From Podospora anserina (Eukaryota), in the NCBI GenBank assembly GCA_017654855.1, contig CM030335.1:3906001-3929628 (forward strand): a stretch of 23,628 bases of DNA, written 5' to 3'. The notes beneath the pieces were generated by a model that was not told where the DNA came from, made no database searches, and was given only the letters and a program-made list of their open reading frames with translations. Positions 20,603 to 23,628 of this stretch are shown in pieces (position 1 is the stretch's first letter; every line of letters starts with the position of its first letter). The position numbers were made by a program, and so were the translations under genes.

Positions 20603-21379
20603 TACTGCGGTTTTTTTAAAAAAAAATATATATACATATATATATTTTAGAAATAAAAGTAAAAATAAACAAAAATATTATATTATAATAGTAAAAGAAT
20701 ATATAAAATTAATTATAATATTATAAAGATATTTATATAATAAGAGCTTACTAGTAAGCTATACTATACGTAGGAAAAAAAAAGATATTATAGGCTCGCA
20801 AGCTATATAATAAGTACCAGAACGGCCTGATTAGAGGGCTAGAGTATCTCATATACGTATAATATATAAAATATAAAAAAAAAGTCGATATTGTATGTAA
20901 AATAAAATATTAGAAATAAACTATATATAAATATACTAGACAAACTCCCTAATTCTTTAAAAAGTTTATATTATTATTTATACTTTTAAGAATATAGTCT
21001 AACTTTATATAAATATATATATAAAACTTTAAATATACTATTTTACGAAAAATATAATAATGTTTTATAATAAATAAGACATTAATAAATATAAAAAGAG
21101 GTTTTATTAATATTTATAAATAGTACAAAGAAATTAAATGATAAATAAAGAAAGAAAGAAAAAAGTAACTAAATAAAGAAATAATATATAGCAATAAAAG
21201 AATATTATTAATTAAATAGATTTAAAATATAAAGTTTATTATTCTTTGTAAATTAAATAAATAAAGTTAGAATTATATAAATATAAATATATAAATGTTA
21301 ATAGCTAATATATATGAGTTAAAAAAACTAGATATTATCATATAAAGATTTAAAGAATAAATAATTGCTATATATAAGT

Positions 21380-23628
21380 AGGAAAGTGCCCGAACCGCTA
21401 TATATATATATAAGGATATATAAAGACTAACTACTATATATAAGTAAGAAGGCACCGGAATTACTATACGTATATTCAAAGCTATATAAAAACTAATAAC
21501 TATATATAAGTATAAATGTATTAAACCCGCTATATATACCTAAAAAAAAGTCTTAACCGCTATGCATATAGTAAAAAAAGTACTAACCGCTATATATATA
21601 TTAAAAGGAATATTAACCTGTATATATATATGGAAAAAAGTACTAACCGCTATATATACGTAAGGAAAAGTATTAACCGCTATATATATAGTAATGAGAG
21701 TACTAACCGCTATATATATATAAGAAAAAGTATTAACCGCTATATATATATAAAAATACGTTAAAATTAACTGTGATATAAATATAAGAAGGAATAGTAA
21801 CCCGTATATATATGTGGAAAGAGGTACTAACCGATATATATATATATAAAGATACGTTAAACCTAACCGCTGTAAAAATATAGAAAGGAAGAGTAACCCG
21901 TGTGTATATGTGAAAAGAAGTGCTAACCGCTATATATATATATAAAGATACGTTAAAACTAACCGCATTATAAATATAGAAAGGAATATTAACCCGCATG
22001 TATATGTGGAAAGAAAAGCTAACCGCTATATATTTATAAAAAGAATTCTTAATTTTTAAAAATATATATAAATATCTATTAAAACTTACCGCTATGAATA
22101 TATAGAAAGAAATACTAACCGCTATATAGATATAGTAAATAGTGTTAACCGCTATAGATATATATAAAGATTCGTTAAAACTAAGCGCTATATATAACGT
22201 AAAAAGCGTATTAAATAGCTATATATCTATATAAAAGTATATAAAAATTAACCGCTTTATATATAGGAAGGAATACTAACCGGTATATATATAATAAAAG
22301 GAGTATTAATCGATAAATATAAAGAAAAAGACTATTAACGGTAATATATACATATATATATAAATTAATTAAAGTTAACTACTATATAAATATAGAAAGG
22401 AATATAAACTCGTATATATATATGGAAAAAGGGGCTAACCGCTATATAAATATAAGGATACGTTAAAACTAACCACTATAGAAATATAGAAAGGGATAGT
22501 AACCCGTATATATATATGGAAAAAAGTGCTCACCGCGATATATATATAAGGTTAGGTTAAAACTAACCGCTATAGAAATATATAAAGGAATTGTAAGCCG
22601 TATATATCTATGGAAAAAAGTACTAACCGCGATATATATATAAGGGTAGGTTAAAACTAACGGCTATAGAAATATAGAAAGGAATAGTAATCCGTATATA
22701 TAAAAAGGAAAAAGTGTTAACCGCTATATAAATATAAAAAGGAATATTAACTTATATATATATATAAAGAAAATGCTAACGGCTATAAATATATAAAAAG
22801 AAATTTTAATTATTATAAATATATAGAAAGATCCGTTAAGATTAACCGCTATAAATATATGGAAAGAAGTACTAACCGCTATATATATATAGAAAGAAGT
22901 GCTGACCGCTATATATATATAGAAAAAAGTGCTAACCGCTAAAAATATATATAAAGATACGTTAAAACTAAGCGCTATCTATATAGTAAAAAAAGTATTA
23001 AACCGCTATATATATATATATATAAAAGTATATAAAAAATCAACTGCTATATATATATCTAAAGATATATTAACCGATATATATATATATAAAGAAATAC
23101 TTACCGCTATATATAAAGAAAAAAAATATTAAATGCAATATATATATATATAATAAATAAAAACTAAGCGCTAGATATATAGTATAAGAAATACTAAACG
23201 CTATATTTATAGTAAAAAGCATGCTAACCGCTATATATATATGATAATATATTAAGACTAACCGCTATAAATATATTAAAAGAACTATTAATAGTAAAAA
23301 GCATAATAACTGCTATATATATATAATAATATATTTAAGACTAAGCGCTATAAATATATTAAAAAAAAAGTGCTAACAGCAAAAAGCATACTAAACGCTA
23401 TATATATATAATATTATGTTAAAACTAACCGCTATAAATATATTAAAAAAAGTACCAAAAAAAAAAAGCATACCAACCGCTATATATATATAATAATATA
23501 TTAAAACTAACCGCTATAAATATATTAAAAAAGTACCGACAGAAAAAAAAGCATACCAACCGCTGTATATATATAATGATATGATACGACTAACCGCTAT
23601 GATTATGTTAAAAGGAAGTGCTGCCCGC
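21380..23628. repeat. Degenerate ~30-bp minisatellite (core TAACCGCTATATATATA) with higher-order units, running off the window end
   Basis: Dozens of aaccgc cores about 30 bp apart. About 94-bp trimers at 21788-22030 and 22394-22730, and about 83-bp units from 23214 to the end. Confidence 0.92.

Larger units (their letters stand above)
6950..23628. other. AT-rich block shaped by RIP
   Basis: Abrupt GC drop, near loss of CpA/TpG with TpA excess and surviving CpG. Paired repeats (LTRs, tandem units) differ mostly by C>T/G>A transitions. Former Gln/Trp codons read TAA/TAG. The boundary is approximate. Confidence 0.93.

Noticed and set aside
20446-23132. Four Ile/Tyr-rich ORFs in the AT-rich tail
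   Set aside because: Low-complexity artefacts of RIPed TLH sequence and the minisatellite.
21380-23628. CRISPR array or true telomere tract
   Set aside because: The context is eukaryotic, the inter-core sequences are themselves repeated rather than unique spacers, no cas genes are present, and there is no tandem (CCCTAA)n or (TTAGGG)n.

Overview
Filamentous ascomycete (Sordariomycete-like) DNA spanning a sharp transition at about 6.95 kb from a GC-balanced gene-rich region into an AT-rich block degraded by RIP (repeat-induced point mutation). The left part has three intact genes: a secreted lactonase-family beta-propeller (one intron), an uncharacterised protein with an HAE...PC..C zinc-deaminase-like signature and a low-complexity tail, and a protein with two F-box-like modules. 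The right part has no intact ORFs, but reversing C>T/G>A changes by eye reveals two nested units. The first is a subtelomere-type unit: a 202-bp tandem array, a DUF3716-like gene (-), 169-bp repeats, a telomere-linked RecQ helicase (TLH) pseudogene (+) and a hierarchical ~30-bp minisatellite. The middle of the TLH carries a tyrosine-recombinase-like R...K...RH...GH-x8-Y pattern. The second unit is a full-length Ty3/Gypsy chromovirus (9360-16154; 384-bp LTRs; CTTAT target-site duplication) inserted between DUF3716 and TLH. Its 3' region carries antisense cargo: a ~227-codon Zn2Cys6-like/coiled-coil ORF followed by two tRNA-like cloverleaves with 6-nt anticodon loops. All protein calls beyond 7 kb rest on manual de-RIP reconstruction, not on database searches.
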